DNA from: Octopus vulgaris
Taxonomy: Eukaryota
Direction of reading: 5' to 3'
Assembly (NCBI GenBank): GCA_951406725.2
Contig: OX597820.1
Span: 123,318,001-123,382,000 of the forward strand
DNA: 64,000 bases
Position 1 is the stretch's first letter, and the number at the start of each line of letters is the position of its first letter. Under the pieces are notes generated by a model. That model did no database searches and was not told where the DNA came from. It worked only from the letters and a program-made list of their open reading frames with translations. Shown here in pieces: positions 14,152 to 26,929 of the stretch. Both the position numbers and the translations under genes were made by a program.

Positions 14152-14761
14152 TGTAGTAAATTGCAGCATGTTGAAAATTATCAGAGAATATGGATCTTTT
14201 CGGTTTGAACGGCAGTTTTTTCTAGCGGTGTCATATGAAATTGTCACCCATAATTATGACCCTGGTATCGATCTATTGCATAGCTATCTGTTTTAGGGAT
14301 AGGGTTAGTTAGGGTTAAGGTTAAGGGTGGAGGGAAGGGTATCTTTTTTTCTTCACAAATGTAAATAAACACAATTTGTTTCTTAAACGAGGGACATATT
14401 CATACGGCACAGAATGTTTTTTTTACATCAATGGACGTCATTGATTGGTTGAAATTGCAGAAATTGAAGAAAAAAAGACAACAAATATCTTATAAGCTAT
14501 AGAATTTTCTCAATAAAGCTAAGAGAAAAAGATGTTTTATTAACACATTCTACCAGTATACGAAGTTAAAAAATTTTTAGTTACCTAGAAATTATGTTAA
14601 AAACTGCCGTTCAATACGAAAAGATCCGAGAATATATTAAATATTGTTTTTCTAATGTTGTTGAATTGATATTTTATTATTAAATATGAGCGATTCACTT
14701 TTTTAGTAATCTCGAGAAAGTCTTCCTTTGTCTTTCTAGAACGGTTGTTCTTAACACTACT
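14152..14761 (-). mobile_element. Possible short solo LTR, interrupted by the MITE
   Basis: Ends TGTAGT..ACTACT (one mismatch from a TGTAGT/ACTACA terminal inverted repeat); AATAAA on the minus strand; no TSD seen. Confidence 0.35.
14192..14627. mobile_element. MITE with 29-bp TIRs, 8-bp TSD and an internal telomere-like motif
   Basis: GGATCTTTTCGGTTTGAACGGCAGTTTTT..AAAAACTGCCGTTCAATACGAAAAGATCC; TSD GAGAATAT at 14184-14191 and 14628-14635. Confidence 0.9.
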
Positions 14762-14769
14762 AATGTAAT

Positions 14770-17612
14770 ATCTATATAGTTTTTCTTTGCCGCTATCACA
14801 GAATGTAAGGCATGACTCATTGCCTTCATATTACCGTATTTATGTTTGTGTATCATTAACGATCCTTTGCCGTATTCAGCAGCATCAGAAGCTACAACAA
14901 TCTCCGCTGCAGGATCGAAATGACCCAGCGGCAAATCCGATATTACTACTTTTTTAATATAGTCAAACGCCTTTTGACAATTATTTGCCTCATACCACTT
15001 CAAATCCATTTTTTTAGCAAATAATTTAGTGGAGCTCTCAGTTCATGCATATTTAGTATATACATTTTATAATTACGGAGAGTAACTTGATCTGAGATCG
15101 TGTGCTGGAACGAAAATAATTGCAGCGTGGAAGGTGTTTTAAAAGCCATTTAAGAAACATACAAAACCGTTAGATTCACTTCAATATTTAAATTTAATTT
15201 GTCAAAATGTTTTCGTCGCTTTGAGACCGCGACCTCTTCACTGACAAAGCTTCGTGCTGCATCTTTTAATTTTTATAATAATTCGCTAGAATTAGGAGGC
15301 ATACTTTTAATTGCGTCTTCTCTCGTTCATTCGTGTCAATAATTTGTCCTAAATACTTAATTTTAGGTAAGAAAAATTCACATTTTTCCTCATTCTGTGT
15401 AAGACCGTAATCTTTTATTTTTTCAAAAGCCAATTTTACATGCTCGACATGACGATCAAGAGATTCACTTTTAATTAATATATCATCAAGCTATGGAATT
15501 GCGAATTCGCAGTCCGCTAACATTGCAGCCATAACCTGTTGAAAAATTGCAGGTGCGAACTTTAGGCCAAATGGTAATCTGTTATATTAGGTATTTTGAG
15601 CATTTCCCATCTACTCTAATTTGTAGGTTTGCATCAGACAGATCCAGTTTCGAAAATATCACACACCCCCCGTGTAACTTCGCAAAATTATCCTCCGGAT
15701 TAGGTAGCGGAGAGTGACACGTTTTTAGACATCCATTCAAGCCAGTGGAAAAACCGGCACACATCCTGATATTGTTATCCTTTTTCTAATAGACACCGTT
15801 GGAGCTGCCTATTTTGCATATTCCACTTTTTGTATGACTCCAATTTTCTCTAATCTGTCTAATTCTTCATCCACATGTTTTATCGCAGCAAAAGGTACCG
15901 TTCTTTTTGGGTTGGACACTGGTATCGTGTTTTCCTTACTTTTGGAAACATGCCTCAATCTTATTACATAAACCTAATCAATCCGACACTGGGGAAGTCC
16001 CATAAATCAAACAACTCCATCTAACCAGTGCCGAACAAGTTTGTTGCATTTTTTAACACATACAATTTTGCTTTACAGGTAATACCACGAAATGTAATGT
16101 CGCTTACCATTTCGCCTAAGAAGCGTAATCTTTCACCTATGACGCCTCGCGCACTTTTCGATATTTTCTTTAATGTAGGCTTCCAAATTTTCTTCCACGT
16201 GTCGGCATCAATAATTGTAATGTCGCTACCTGTGTCTAGTCGTAGCTTCACGTTCGGGTTGTATATTTTTACATACACATACTTTCTTCTTTGGGTGTCG
16301 TCACGACTTTCAGTTGAGCAAACATTTTAAGAAGAATTTTTTTCGGCTCTTTTTTGCTTCGCTATGTAGTTCGATATTTTAGGTCCTATTTTTTGACAAC
16401 TTAAACATTCCCGTGTTTTAAATGGACAGTCTTTCTTGAAATGCAGACCTCCACAACCATACCATGGATTCGATCGTAACATTCTTTTTTCATTATTTCT
16501 TTCTGGTCGACGTGTCTGTACTTGAGAAAAATTTTTTTTCTTCAATTTTCACTTGTCTTGCTGCAAGTTGATAATTCTGTGACATTCCCCTGGTACTGCC
16601 TGCAGATTTAAATTCTGGTCCTCCTGTACTAGTTTTGTAAAAGTCCATGCACGTGTTTCTGCATCTGTCTGGAGATAATACCTTTAGTTAAAATTTTTCG
16701 CACATTTCATTTACGATTCCAGCGTAACTGACAAAATCTTCGTCCTCTTCTTTTATTAGGTTCAAATACTCCCAGCGAGTGTTAAACAGGGAATTCTTAT
16801 CGCTGAACATTTGGGATAGCAATTCAATTGTTTCCTCGAAATAAATTTCATTTGTTTTTTTAAACAAGATAAAATTGCCGTATTTTTCATGTTCTGAAGG
16901 ACCTAGTTTCCGTAACACTAGTCTCTCTTTTTCATCGACTGTCCAACACTTGCATTTTTCTTTGGATTTTTTCGTATTTTCTCAAGCACACCGAAAAAGT
17001 TATACCCTTTTCTGGGTTATAACTAAATTCAGTTATAGCATTCGCTACGCCGTCTGGCGAAAGCGAACTTGCAGTGTTTTCCGACTTCAGCAGCAGCAGT
17101 TCAAGCAACTGATTTTGTTGTAGTTGTTGCTGTTGTAGTTGTTGGCGCAACCCCTGTTGCTGCTGTTGCTGCTGCTTTTGCTACTGTAATATGCCAACTA
17201 ATAGGTCTTCCATAATTAACGAATTTTTTATATTATAAAAATTTGTTAATGACCAACGTAAGCTTCGAATCACTTGTCGCCACTTTTGTAACGTAGTTTC
17301 TATATATGTCCATTTAGTGTTGTGCACTAATACAGTGTGATGTATAGAGTACCAAGGAACGGGGTAGGAACCAATTGTCTCCACTTGATGTATTCTCCAA
17401 ATACTCTGCCAACAACTGTAACCAATCCAAAACAACTCTCAATGAACTATAACAACTTCTCAACAATTTCCTGCGACTCCACGAACTCACAAACGACACC
17501 TTTCTACTTCCTGCGATTTCTCATCTGTCGCTCTCAGTCAAGAACGCTGCTACTTATGCGAGTTCAGCAAGTCCATTCTTAGAAGTGGTGTCATGATTCT
17601 TGCCATAACAGT
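14770..17612 (-). mobile_element. Ty3/Gypsy LTR retrotransposon, decayed and 3'-truncated (5' LTR, PBS, gag, protease, RT, partial RNase H; no integrase)
   Basis: LTR ~17287-17612 followed by PBS TGGCGAC; gag with CCHC remnants (CGGLHFKKDC); protease LDTGSD; RT PLPNPED..FSKLDLSDA..LPFG; RNase H VVASDAAEYG. Confidence 0.9.
15072..15263 (-). mobile_element. ~190-bp hammerhead-bearing repeat inserted in the Gypsy pol; second copy at 40250-40410
   Basis: Near-identical to 40251-40394; tttgtca GTGAAGA G GTCGC..GCGAC GAAA acattt tgacaaa. Confidence 0.7.
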
Positions 17613-17614
17613 AA

Positions 17615-18290
17615 CAGACCAGAATCATCCAGCATAGATGGTTGAACTGCTGTAACGCGTGATTTTAGCGTGTTTTGCGCCTCATCAGCAGTAGCATACA
17701 TTAGCAACGCTAACTGGTCTGTTATCCATTCCCCCGATATACAGAAAAACAGCGACTAGTCAGTCACTGGTGTCACTAAAAGCCGGCTGGCTGGGTAGTA
17801 ATCAAATATTAGCAACGGAGGCAGTGTTTTTACCGAATGTCAGACTCTAAATCCTACTTAACTTGGACGTTTAATAAGCGCGGCGTAGTACTGCAAAATT
17901 CACCCCCAGAAAGTGTCTCGTATAGAAGTTTAGTGCATAGAAGCAGAGCGATATTGAGAGTAGACATAAACAGTCCACAATCGGCGGCAGAACTGCTGTA
18001 ACACGTGATTTCTGTTTGATTTGCACTTCGTCAGCAGCAGCACCGAATTTTATTCATTTCTTCCTTCATTTGAGGCCGGATAAAAATCAACTGCAAGCAA
18101 CGGAGGCAGTGTTATTACCGAATGACAGGCTTTAAATCCTACTTAACTTGGATGTTTTATAAGAGTGCCGTAATACTGCAAAATTCATCTGAGAAAGTCT
18201 CTTGTATGGATGTTTAGTGCATAGAAGCAGACGAGAATCGTCCAGCATCGGCGGAAAAACAGCTGCATCACCTGACTTCGGAGTTCACTA
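17615..18290 (-). repeat. Diverged tandem array (~270-350-bp units), each unit with a type I hammerhead-like motif; retrozyme-like
   Basis: 17812-17948 is similar to 18097-18230; motifs at 17647-17694 and 17993-18040, remnant near 18258-18285. Confidence 0.6.
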
Positions 18291-18472
18291 AGCATGATTA
18301 AGAAATAGCACGTTCCCTAGTAGCATTTTTGAGATTTTATGTAAAAGAGAACCTGCGAGAAAGTGTGGATACAGAAACAAATAATTTGTAACGTATTGGT
18401 CGAATTACGAAACCTACCTTCGTTAAACGTTACGACAGTTTCACACAAAGATATCTTTTTTTTAATTAGAAA

Positions 18473-18867
18473 CTAGCAGTATCGCCCGGCGTTGCTCGGG
18501 TTTGTAAGGGAAATAACTATATAAGCATTTTTAGAGAGTTATAGCCAAAAAATAGCAAAAATATGCATTAAAAATGGAAAAAAAGTGATAGTAATTTTTT
18601 AAAAAAATCGTTGACTCATCGTAGACATTTTTAGAGAGTTACTTCCCTTATATAATAGCGAAAAAATGCATTAAAATGGAAAAAATGATGGTAAATTTTC
18701 TTCTAAATCTTAGACTCATTGTAGACGCGCGCTAATACCCAGAAGGGCTCGATATGAATCACGACTATAAGATACCCGGTTTTGATTAAACTGCACCGCA
18801 AAATGTGGAAGTAGTTAGGAATCTAAATCGTAGGAGACAGACACAACTTCACTTTTATATATAAAGA
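18473..18867 (-). mobile_element. Non-autonomous Helitron, complete ends
   Basis: Minus strand A|TCTTTATATATAAAAG ... CCCGAGCAACGCCGGG hairpin..CTAG|T. Confidence 0.85.
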
Positions 18868-21043
18868 TAACTACTATTGACAGGTTTTTAGAAACTTGAA
18901 AATAAATGTTTTATCTCTAATGGTATACGAACAAAAGTCAGGCTTGAAGTCGATAACTATACTATCAACCTTGTTATCTACAACAAAGGTGATATTCTCA
19001 AGGCAACTGATCTACTTGCTAGAAATACCAGTTAAATCTCTCTTTCAGATCGATGACTACAATCTTAAAAGAGGATAGATTGTAAAATGTAGTCCAAGGT
19101 ATACCCATAAAAATACAGGATAGTCACAGCTGGAAGGGCTTTGGTAATATTTCTTTCCATTCACGATTGATATGGCTTTCAACACCGCCGCTATCGCCGC
19201 CACCACCACCACCACCACCACTACTAACAACAACAACAACAACAACAACTAGTGGTACCTATTTTCAACTTATTTTAAGTGAATCCTAATAGAATTCGGC
19301 CGGAGAACGTTGACGACAGGTCAAGCAGCCGTAAAAACAAAAAGAAAATTAAAAAACCCCACAAAAACACAACGAACAAACCATTGCCACACTTCTTTGC
19401 CTTATAAATCGCAACAATAAGTTCAATATCAGTTTCTTTAAAAACTAGGTGCAATGCCTTGTATTTTTCAAACGAGAAAAATATACCCTTTCAACGATGG
19501 TATTTTCCAAAAATAGACAGAATCATCTTCATCTAAAAATCGATACTGACTTGCTATCTTACCTGAGCAAGAATATGGTTCTTTACAACACCTCTAGTAA
19601 GGAAAAGACAACTCCCTGTGTTGTAGCTAGAAATAACTGCCATATCATAGTCTTTAGTTTAAGGAAGGGGATCGCGTGAGACAATGTAGTCCTGGATTGA
19701 TTGTGCCTTGAAAGGGGTCATGGATGATTGTCAGACGGAGATTAGGAGACAAAAGAATTGAAGACAATATGGGCAACATGAGACCAAGTGAAAAGGTATA
19801 AAAGGACATGACAGAAACCTTTAGAAGGCTGTGATGGTGACGGTGGTGGCGGCGTGTGTGTGTATGGAAGGCAATGTTCGGTTAAGATACTAAGTAGACT
19901 ATTATGATGATAGTCAATTGTTTGTATAGAGAATCGTACATAACGACATATTTATGTATAACAAACTATTTACATAAGTCTTATGCATAAACAGACAATT
20001 GTATGTATGGTAAATTGTATTACACATTGTACTTGTAACCTGTTGTTTAGTGTATTTTCACACGCACAAACTCACCCCCACACACACACAGACACAAAGG
20101 TATGTACTCTATTGTGTGTACTATAAATTGTATGAATGCTCAGATATATGCATAATCTATTGTATGCGTAGTCAGTATTATGTATGGTCAGTTGTATGCC
20201 ACGTCTCAAAAATCGATCCTTTACAAAGCTGCTACCTCAAGATGGAGAAGACAGAAGAAGAAAATGCTTGAAAAAGAAAACCATTGATTCCATTCGTAGG
20301 CATTAGTAAAGTGACTTGAACTGGAAAGAGTATTTCCAGTTCACCTTGTTATGCAGCAATAAAACCAAGTGTTTCGTCTCTGGCAGCACCAGGAGCTTAG
20401 TTCTTGTAGCACGTTAACTGTTATATAATAATCAGATTAACATTTAGAAAGTCAGTATATGTCACTAAAAATAAAAATGTCAATCTTCTCTAACGAATAA
20501 GCTCGAAGTTACGAAACTGAGGAATAGCGTGCGTGGTAATCCGCATGAAAGATGCTAAGCAAATTCCAAAATGAAAGAGATAAGCAGTCCATAGAAAATC
20601 AGTGTAAATGAAAAATGCTGTCATAGAATATACAAAATTCAATAAAATTCTTATTCCACATCTGATCTTTATTTTCAAGTGTGTCTTATATATGTTATGT
20701 AACTAAGTGAACGTATAGTAAACAAAGGATATAGATAATATGGCTTCTGGTTTTCTGGTAAGTAAGAATATATCTTAACCATGAGGAAGATATTGTTATA
20801 ACTCGAAAGACATAACATCAGAATATATGCAGAGATATGAATATGAATAAGAGTATACTTGTCTACAAATGACGAAGAAAGGGTTGCCGCCCTGTTTTTA
20901 TTATTGAACTATATTTTCTGTGCTCTTATGGTACGCAATTAATGTATGTCTTTCATAAATCACTGAGTCTTAAGTTAAGATACACACCTGAAACAGTATT
21001 AGATGAAAATACTCTACGTATTACATTTATAATGTATTAGGTA

Positions 21044-21265
<222 letters not shown>

Positions 21266-21309
21266 CAGTTTGTCTGTCACCCATATCATAAGCAGTTGTC
21301 CGAAAATGT

Positions 21310-21840
21310 CATCACGGTATTATTTACCGTTGAGACATGACATTGTAGCTAGGGCACTCTATAATGAAATCCGTCGGAAGGTTAATCCCGCGGACAAATA
21401 AATTGGTACCCACAATATGGTAGAAGCCATAGCCACTCGTAATAAAAGGTAATACTGGTAGAATGTACCAGTGAAGACCTCAATAAAATGTAAGCACAAC
21501 AGACCTGATATAATGATTTGGGATAGAGAAGAAAACCCGTGCACAGTTGTGGAAATTAGCTGCCCAGCGGGTGTTAACATAAAACTGAAGATCAGTGAAA
21601 AACAGAACACTTATGCTGAACTATTGAGAAATCTACAGTTAATCGATCCAGATTACAAGTTCAGGTTTATACCAGTAGTTATTGGGGCCCTGGGATATCT
21701 AATATGCTGCCTAAATACCAATCTTGAGAAATTAGGCTTCTCAGGACCAGAAAGGAGAAAGCTTATTCGAAGACTACAGATCCAATCCATCACTGGAACT
21801 GTAAAAGTTTGTCAAACTTTCCAGACGTTTATCTTTTAAA
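21310..21840 (+). mobile_element. R4/Dong-like LINE C-terminal endonuclease fragment
   Basis: ORF 21471..21839: KHNRPDIMIWD..CTVVEISCP..EKQNTYAEL..FIPVVIGALG. Confidence 0.85.
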
Positions 21841-22319
21841 TATATATGAGCATGTCTCGATCTGCAAATATATGCATGAGAATACATACATAAAGCATAC
21901 AAATCTGCACATACATACATACATACATACATACATACATACATACATACATACATACATACATACAAGTATGCATGTAGGCATGCATCCATCCATACAT
22001 ACATGCATACATACATACATACAAGCATGCATCCATCCATCCAGCCATCCATACACACATACATACATACATACATACATACAACCATACATACAACCAT
22101 ACATACAACCACACATACATACATACATACATACATACATGCATGCATACATACATACGTACATACATATATCAATATACATATATGAGCACGCACAAAT
22201 ATGAATATATGAATAATAGTTAAGGAAAAAGACTTCGTTATTTTCAATACAATTCGTTTTGAAAGGAAAGCCGTTCGTTCTACATCTCTTTCTCTGTCTT
22301 TTTCTTTCCCTCTCTTATA

Positions 22320-23465
22320 AATGTGCATATGTATGCAATGCCGAGAACACGGAGTGTTGGTCATCGTTGAAACGCTTACGGTCAGCTGCCTTACAACCCT
22401 CTCTGCCATTTCCAAAAAGACCGCTGTTCAGCAACGGTTGCTTGCACTGCGTCTACATATTGTATCCACTTTGGCGCAGTACGTTGACCATCTACATCAG
22501 TACTTTTCAAACTTTGTGCTGGAGCGGAACCCCAAGGAAACATTCCACTGGCTCGAGGAACCCCTGTGCAATAATTTAATAGTTTTATGCACACATATCT
22601 GCACAGAAGAATTAAAAATTACTGCCGATTTTAGCAGTTTTGTAACTTCTTGTGGAACCCCTGGACTGTACCTGCGGAACCTTAAGGTTCCGAGGAACCC
22701 TGGTTGAAAGCCACTGATCTACATATTTCAAAGTGAAAGATTCGTGTTTTGTTTCCGTGTTGATCGTGTTAGAAGTGTTTGTCTTCTCTGAAAGAGTTCT
22801 CCCTGGCCTCGGTTTAAGCAAAACGAGTACCACTCATGTGGGGCTTGAGACGAGCAAATCTGCAGCTAGTTCTAATATCTTCATGCCAGCAGCTACCCTT
22901 TGTATAAAATTTACGGACTGTTTAAGCTTTCTTTCTTCGGACACTTTGTTTTCGCAAGTTCAACTCCTTTTTGTTTTTGCGCTTACCTTGGATCTTTGCA
23001 CATCCTCAGTTCATTTCATTGTGCTTTCATTTTCATCTTTAGCCTTTTCTGTTTTTTCCTGGTGAACTTTTGCTTTGTTGATGTTGTACTCCTTGGGCTC
23101 ACATTTCCTCGTGTTCCTCTCTCACAGTATCATCCTGACCTTTCTCTGATTCCATTGAAGTCACAGGTTTCTTTTTCGCCTTTTTGTGTTTTATCTCCCC
23201 TTTGAATATATTGTCTAATAAATCAATGTGTCGTTTAATCAAGGCATATGAATGAATTCATTCATTCAATTTTCCTTTCGATCTGAGCCGTGGTCCTGTG
23301 AAAAGACAACTCTTCAAGGTCTTTGCAATTAAATTGCTCGGTAGTGACCCTTCTGCTAAGTTCCATTCAAGGAGCATTGTTTTTATTACTTGAAACTGCC
23401 GGTTTCTTTGCATTTTAAAGGTTATGCTGTCTTTAGTGTAGTTAGCTCTGCCAAGGTCCATGTTG
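22320..23465 (-). mobile_element. Possible decayed LINE ORF1 remnant (lysine-rich, CCCH-finger-like), split by a hAT MITE
   Basis: Minus frame RKFYTKGSCWHEDIRTSCRFA near 22850-22915; many stops. Confidence 0.3.
22498..22716. mobile_element. hAT (Charlie-like) MITE with perfect 8-bp TSD
   Basis: Ends CAGTACTTTTCAA..TTGAAAGCCACTG; TSD ATCTACAT at 22490-22497 and 22717-22724; internal GGAACCCC repeats. Confidence 0.9.
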
Positions 23466-23784
23466 CTGAGATACGGAGAGAGAGAGGGTAGGAAGAAGTA
23501 GAGGCAGGTATGAAGAGAGAGGGGAAGAGAGAGAGAGAGAGAGAGAGAGAAGGATGTAAAGGTAGTCAAGAAAAAGTAGAGAGAGAAAAGGAGTGATAGA
23601 GATAGATAAAGAGAGAGATAGAGAGATAGTTTGAGAGAGAGAGAGAGAGATGTAAAACGAAATGTGGAGACAAAGACCGAAAACGTGATGATGAGAAAAA
23701 TAGACAAATCGACAAGAATAGAAATGAAGAGATAGAAGGATCGATGTGGATAAAGAGAGGTCAACGAACGTATAAATGAAGAGA

Positions 23785-23858
<74 letters not shown>

Positions 23859-24517
23859 AGAGGAAGGCTAGATAAGAAAGACTTAAAGGGAAGTGGAATT
23901 GATCAACGTAAGCGTAAATAGGAATAAAGACACAACTCAGAGGCAGCGATAAAAATTCAATCTGACACCCGACACGTGATAATTGGAATAAAAATTATCA
24001 GCATATATTTAGGTAGTAAGAAAAAAGAAAGAATAAAAAAATATTTGTTTCTCTTACTTTAGACCGGCCAATTAAAACAAAAGAAAATACTCTCCGGTTC
24101 CACGTGTACTTACATAGATTCAATAATATGATTTTTCATGATACGCTCTCGAAATTGTAAACGAACTTGAAGTTCCAGAAATTTTTGTATTGGATATTTT
24201 AGCAATCTACAAAATTGCATACAAACGTTCGGTTTGGAGAAGCTGGAATCTGAACGACCATAATTTCTCTGAGAAAAGTACAGTCAAAAGTAGATATCAA
24301 TTTATATTTATTTACTCAACCACGTGGTGACTCGACTTTGATCATTTCACGTCGGAAAATTCCTAATAACTGTGTAACAGTTGATCGATGTAAAGGTAAT
24401 ATTTAATCACGGTATATTGGCAGTAATATATTTCAACCGGAGACCACTTAAATTTCAGTTCAATTCGATCTGATCGTAGTTTTTCAAAGTTTTACCAGAG
24501 CTTAACAAGCAGGCGCC

Positions 24518-24550
<33 letters not shown>

Positions 24551-24711
24551 TGTATGTATGTATGTATGTATGTATGTATGTATGTATGTATATATGGATG
24601 TATGTATGTATGTATGTATGTGTGTGTGTGTATGCATGCATGCATGCATGTATGTATGTATATATATATATATATATATTTAAAAAAAGGAGATGTCGAA
24701 CACGAGTGGTG

Positions 24712-26098
24712 ATATATAAAAAAGGAAATGAAGAAAATGCTGACAAATAATTGAAGTAATTTAAGTAATTTAATTAGGTGAAAGTTCTTTTTACCGGTTG
24801 CGCATTTGTTATGCTTATCAAAATATAAAAGAGAGATTAGAGTCTGTCTCTTATATGTGAAAAAAAGAGGCTCCAGAGTTGTTTGGGATTTGCTTGGTTT
24901 CGCGCCTAAAATTTTGATTGGTCATTATGAAGGGGTCACGTGAATGTTTGAATGGAAGTTGGTGTTGGGGTAAGAAAAAAGGCTCCAGAGAAGTTAAAAT
25001 TTGGCTAGTGTCCCGCCTAAAATTTCTTATTGGCCATAATAAAGAGGTCACGTGAATGTTTAGAATTTTCGAAAATAGTGTTGTTGAAAATTCTTATTGT
25101 TCAGGCTGGTCAGTAGACGTCATGTGGATATTTTAAATAGCTTTTTAGCGCGTAGTTAGGGAGTGTATTTTCTGCTTGACTGGATAAGTAAGTTCGTTTA
25201 GAACAGGGAGAGCTGTATGTATGTATGTGTGTGCATACATACCTTGTATTAATAAATACAGACCACTTCTAAACACATGCCCCTAACACGAACCCACAAC
25301 AAACACACTTACACCTGCACACACCCTACACACACCTTTACCCAGATATTAACACCATGACACACACAAATATATGGTTCCACACATACACATAATTGAA
25401 TACGGGTGCAAAACATCCAACACTATTTTTTGGAAATGGCTGTAAATATTGACTTCACACAAATACGTTGCTTCCCGATACAGGCACAAGGCCAGCAGAA
25501 CTATAAATATTGAAAATTTTACCCACACACACACATATATACACGCGCGCGCGCCCCAACATACATATAAACACACACGCGCGCGCGCGCACACACACAT
25601 ACATACATACAGCTCTCCCTGTTCTAAACGAACTTACTTATCCAGTCAAGCGGAAAATACACTCCCTAACTACGCGCTAAAAAGCTATTTAAAATATCCA
25701 CATGACGTCTACTGACCAGCCTGAACAATAAGAATTTTCAACAACACTATTTTCGAAAATTCTAAACATTCACGTGACCTCTTTATTATGGCCAATAAGA
25801 AATTTTAGGCGGGACACTAGCCAAATTTTAACTTCTCTGGAGCCTTTTTTCTTACCCCAACACCAACTTCCATTCAAACATTCACGTGACCCTTCATAAT
25901 GACCAATCAAAATTTTAGGCGCGAAACCAAGCAAATCCCAAACAACTCTGGAGCCTCTTTTTTTCACATATAAGAGACAGACTCTAATCTCTCTTTTATA
26001 TTTTGATAAGCATAACAAATGCGCAACCGGTAAAAAGAACTTTCACCTAATTAAATTACTTAAATTACTTCAATTATTTGTCAGCATTTTCTTCATTT

Positions 26099-26112
<14 letters not shown>
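24712..26112. repeat. Large near-perfect inverted repeat (~520-bp arms, ~360-bp spacer), probably a PLE 3' end with inverted pseudo-LTR
   Basis: 24712-25233 is the reverse complement of 25592-26112 with only about 2 differences seen; hammerhead-like motif at 26000-26036 and its mirror near 24788-24824. Confidence 0.9.
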
Positions 26113-26133
<21 letters not shown>

Positions 26134-26314
26134 CGCGCACGCACTCATATATTAGAACATACGTGTATAGCCGGAATGTATGTATGTATGTATGTATGTA
26201 TGAATGTATGTATGTATATATATATATATATATTAATGAATAAAACATATGCATATATATATACATATATGTACGTACCTACCTCTACATGTATATATAC
26301 ACGCATATATGAGT

Positions 26315-26760
26315 ACAGGACACAAAAAAAAAAAACGTCGAACACAATGAGAAACGAAAACAGACACAAACCCAAGGAACTGGACATTTTTCTTAAACAA
26401 CAAAAAAATATAGAGTACAGGACAAATAACACAAGGAAAAAAACCCTTTCTTCAGTCGCCATGGTTTCATTTACTCTACGTTTCGAAGGTGAAGGCGAGA
26501 CGTATCTTCGATAGAAACTTTCCTTCCTGCGAAATGCAAATCAAATAAAATTTGAGATCTTTTTTGCAGAGGGGTAAAAATGGTTACAAAAACAGGACAG
26601 TAACGACAGTACAAAATATAAACAGTAAAAGACAAGGACAAGGAGAATAACAAGACGAGAAGGGCTGTTAAGCCGAAGGAGAGAAAGTATTATGAACGCT
26701 ATCGAAGATACGTCTCGCCTTCACCTTCGAAACGTAGAGTAGATGAAACCATGGCGACAT
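26315..26760. mobile_element. PLE-like terminal fragment with a ~60-bp inverted duplication
   Basis: 26455-26514 is the reverse complement of 26699-26758; includes CTATCGAAG..TTCGAAACGTAGA (hammerhead-like remnant). Confidence 0.55.
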
Positions 26761-26876
26761 ACATTCCGGCTATACACGTATATTCTACACGTATATATAT
26801 ATATATATACGCACACACACACTCATATATTAGAACATACGTGTATAGCCGGAATGTATGTATGTATGTATGTATG

Positions 26877-26929
<53 letters not shown>

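Noticed and set aside
14695-17435. Gypsy ORFs as an intact or domesticated gene
   Set aside because: Multiple stops and frameshifts, a nested insertion, no integrase and no matching 3' LTR
23960-24500. CACGTG-rich stretch, possible DNA transposon
   Set aside because: Could not identify TIRs, a TSD or coding remnants
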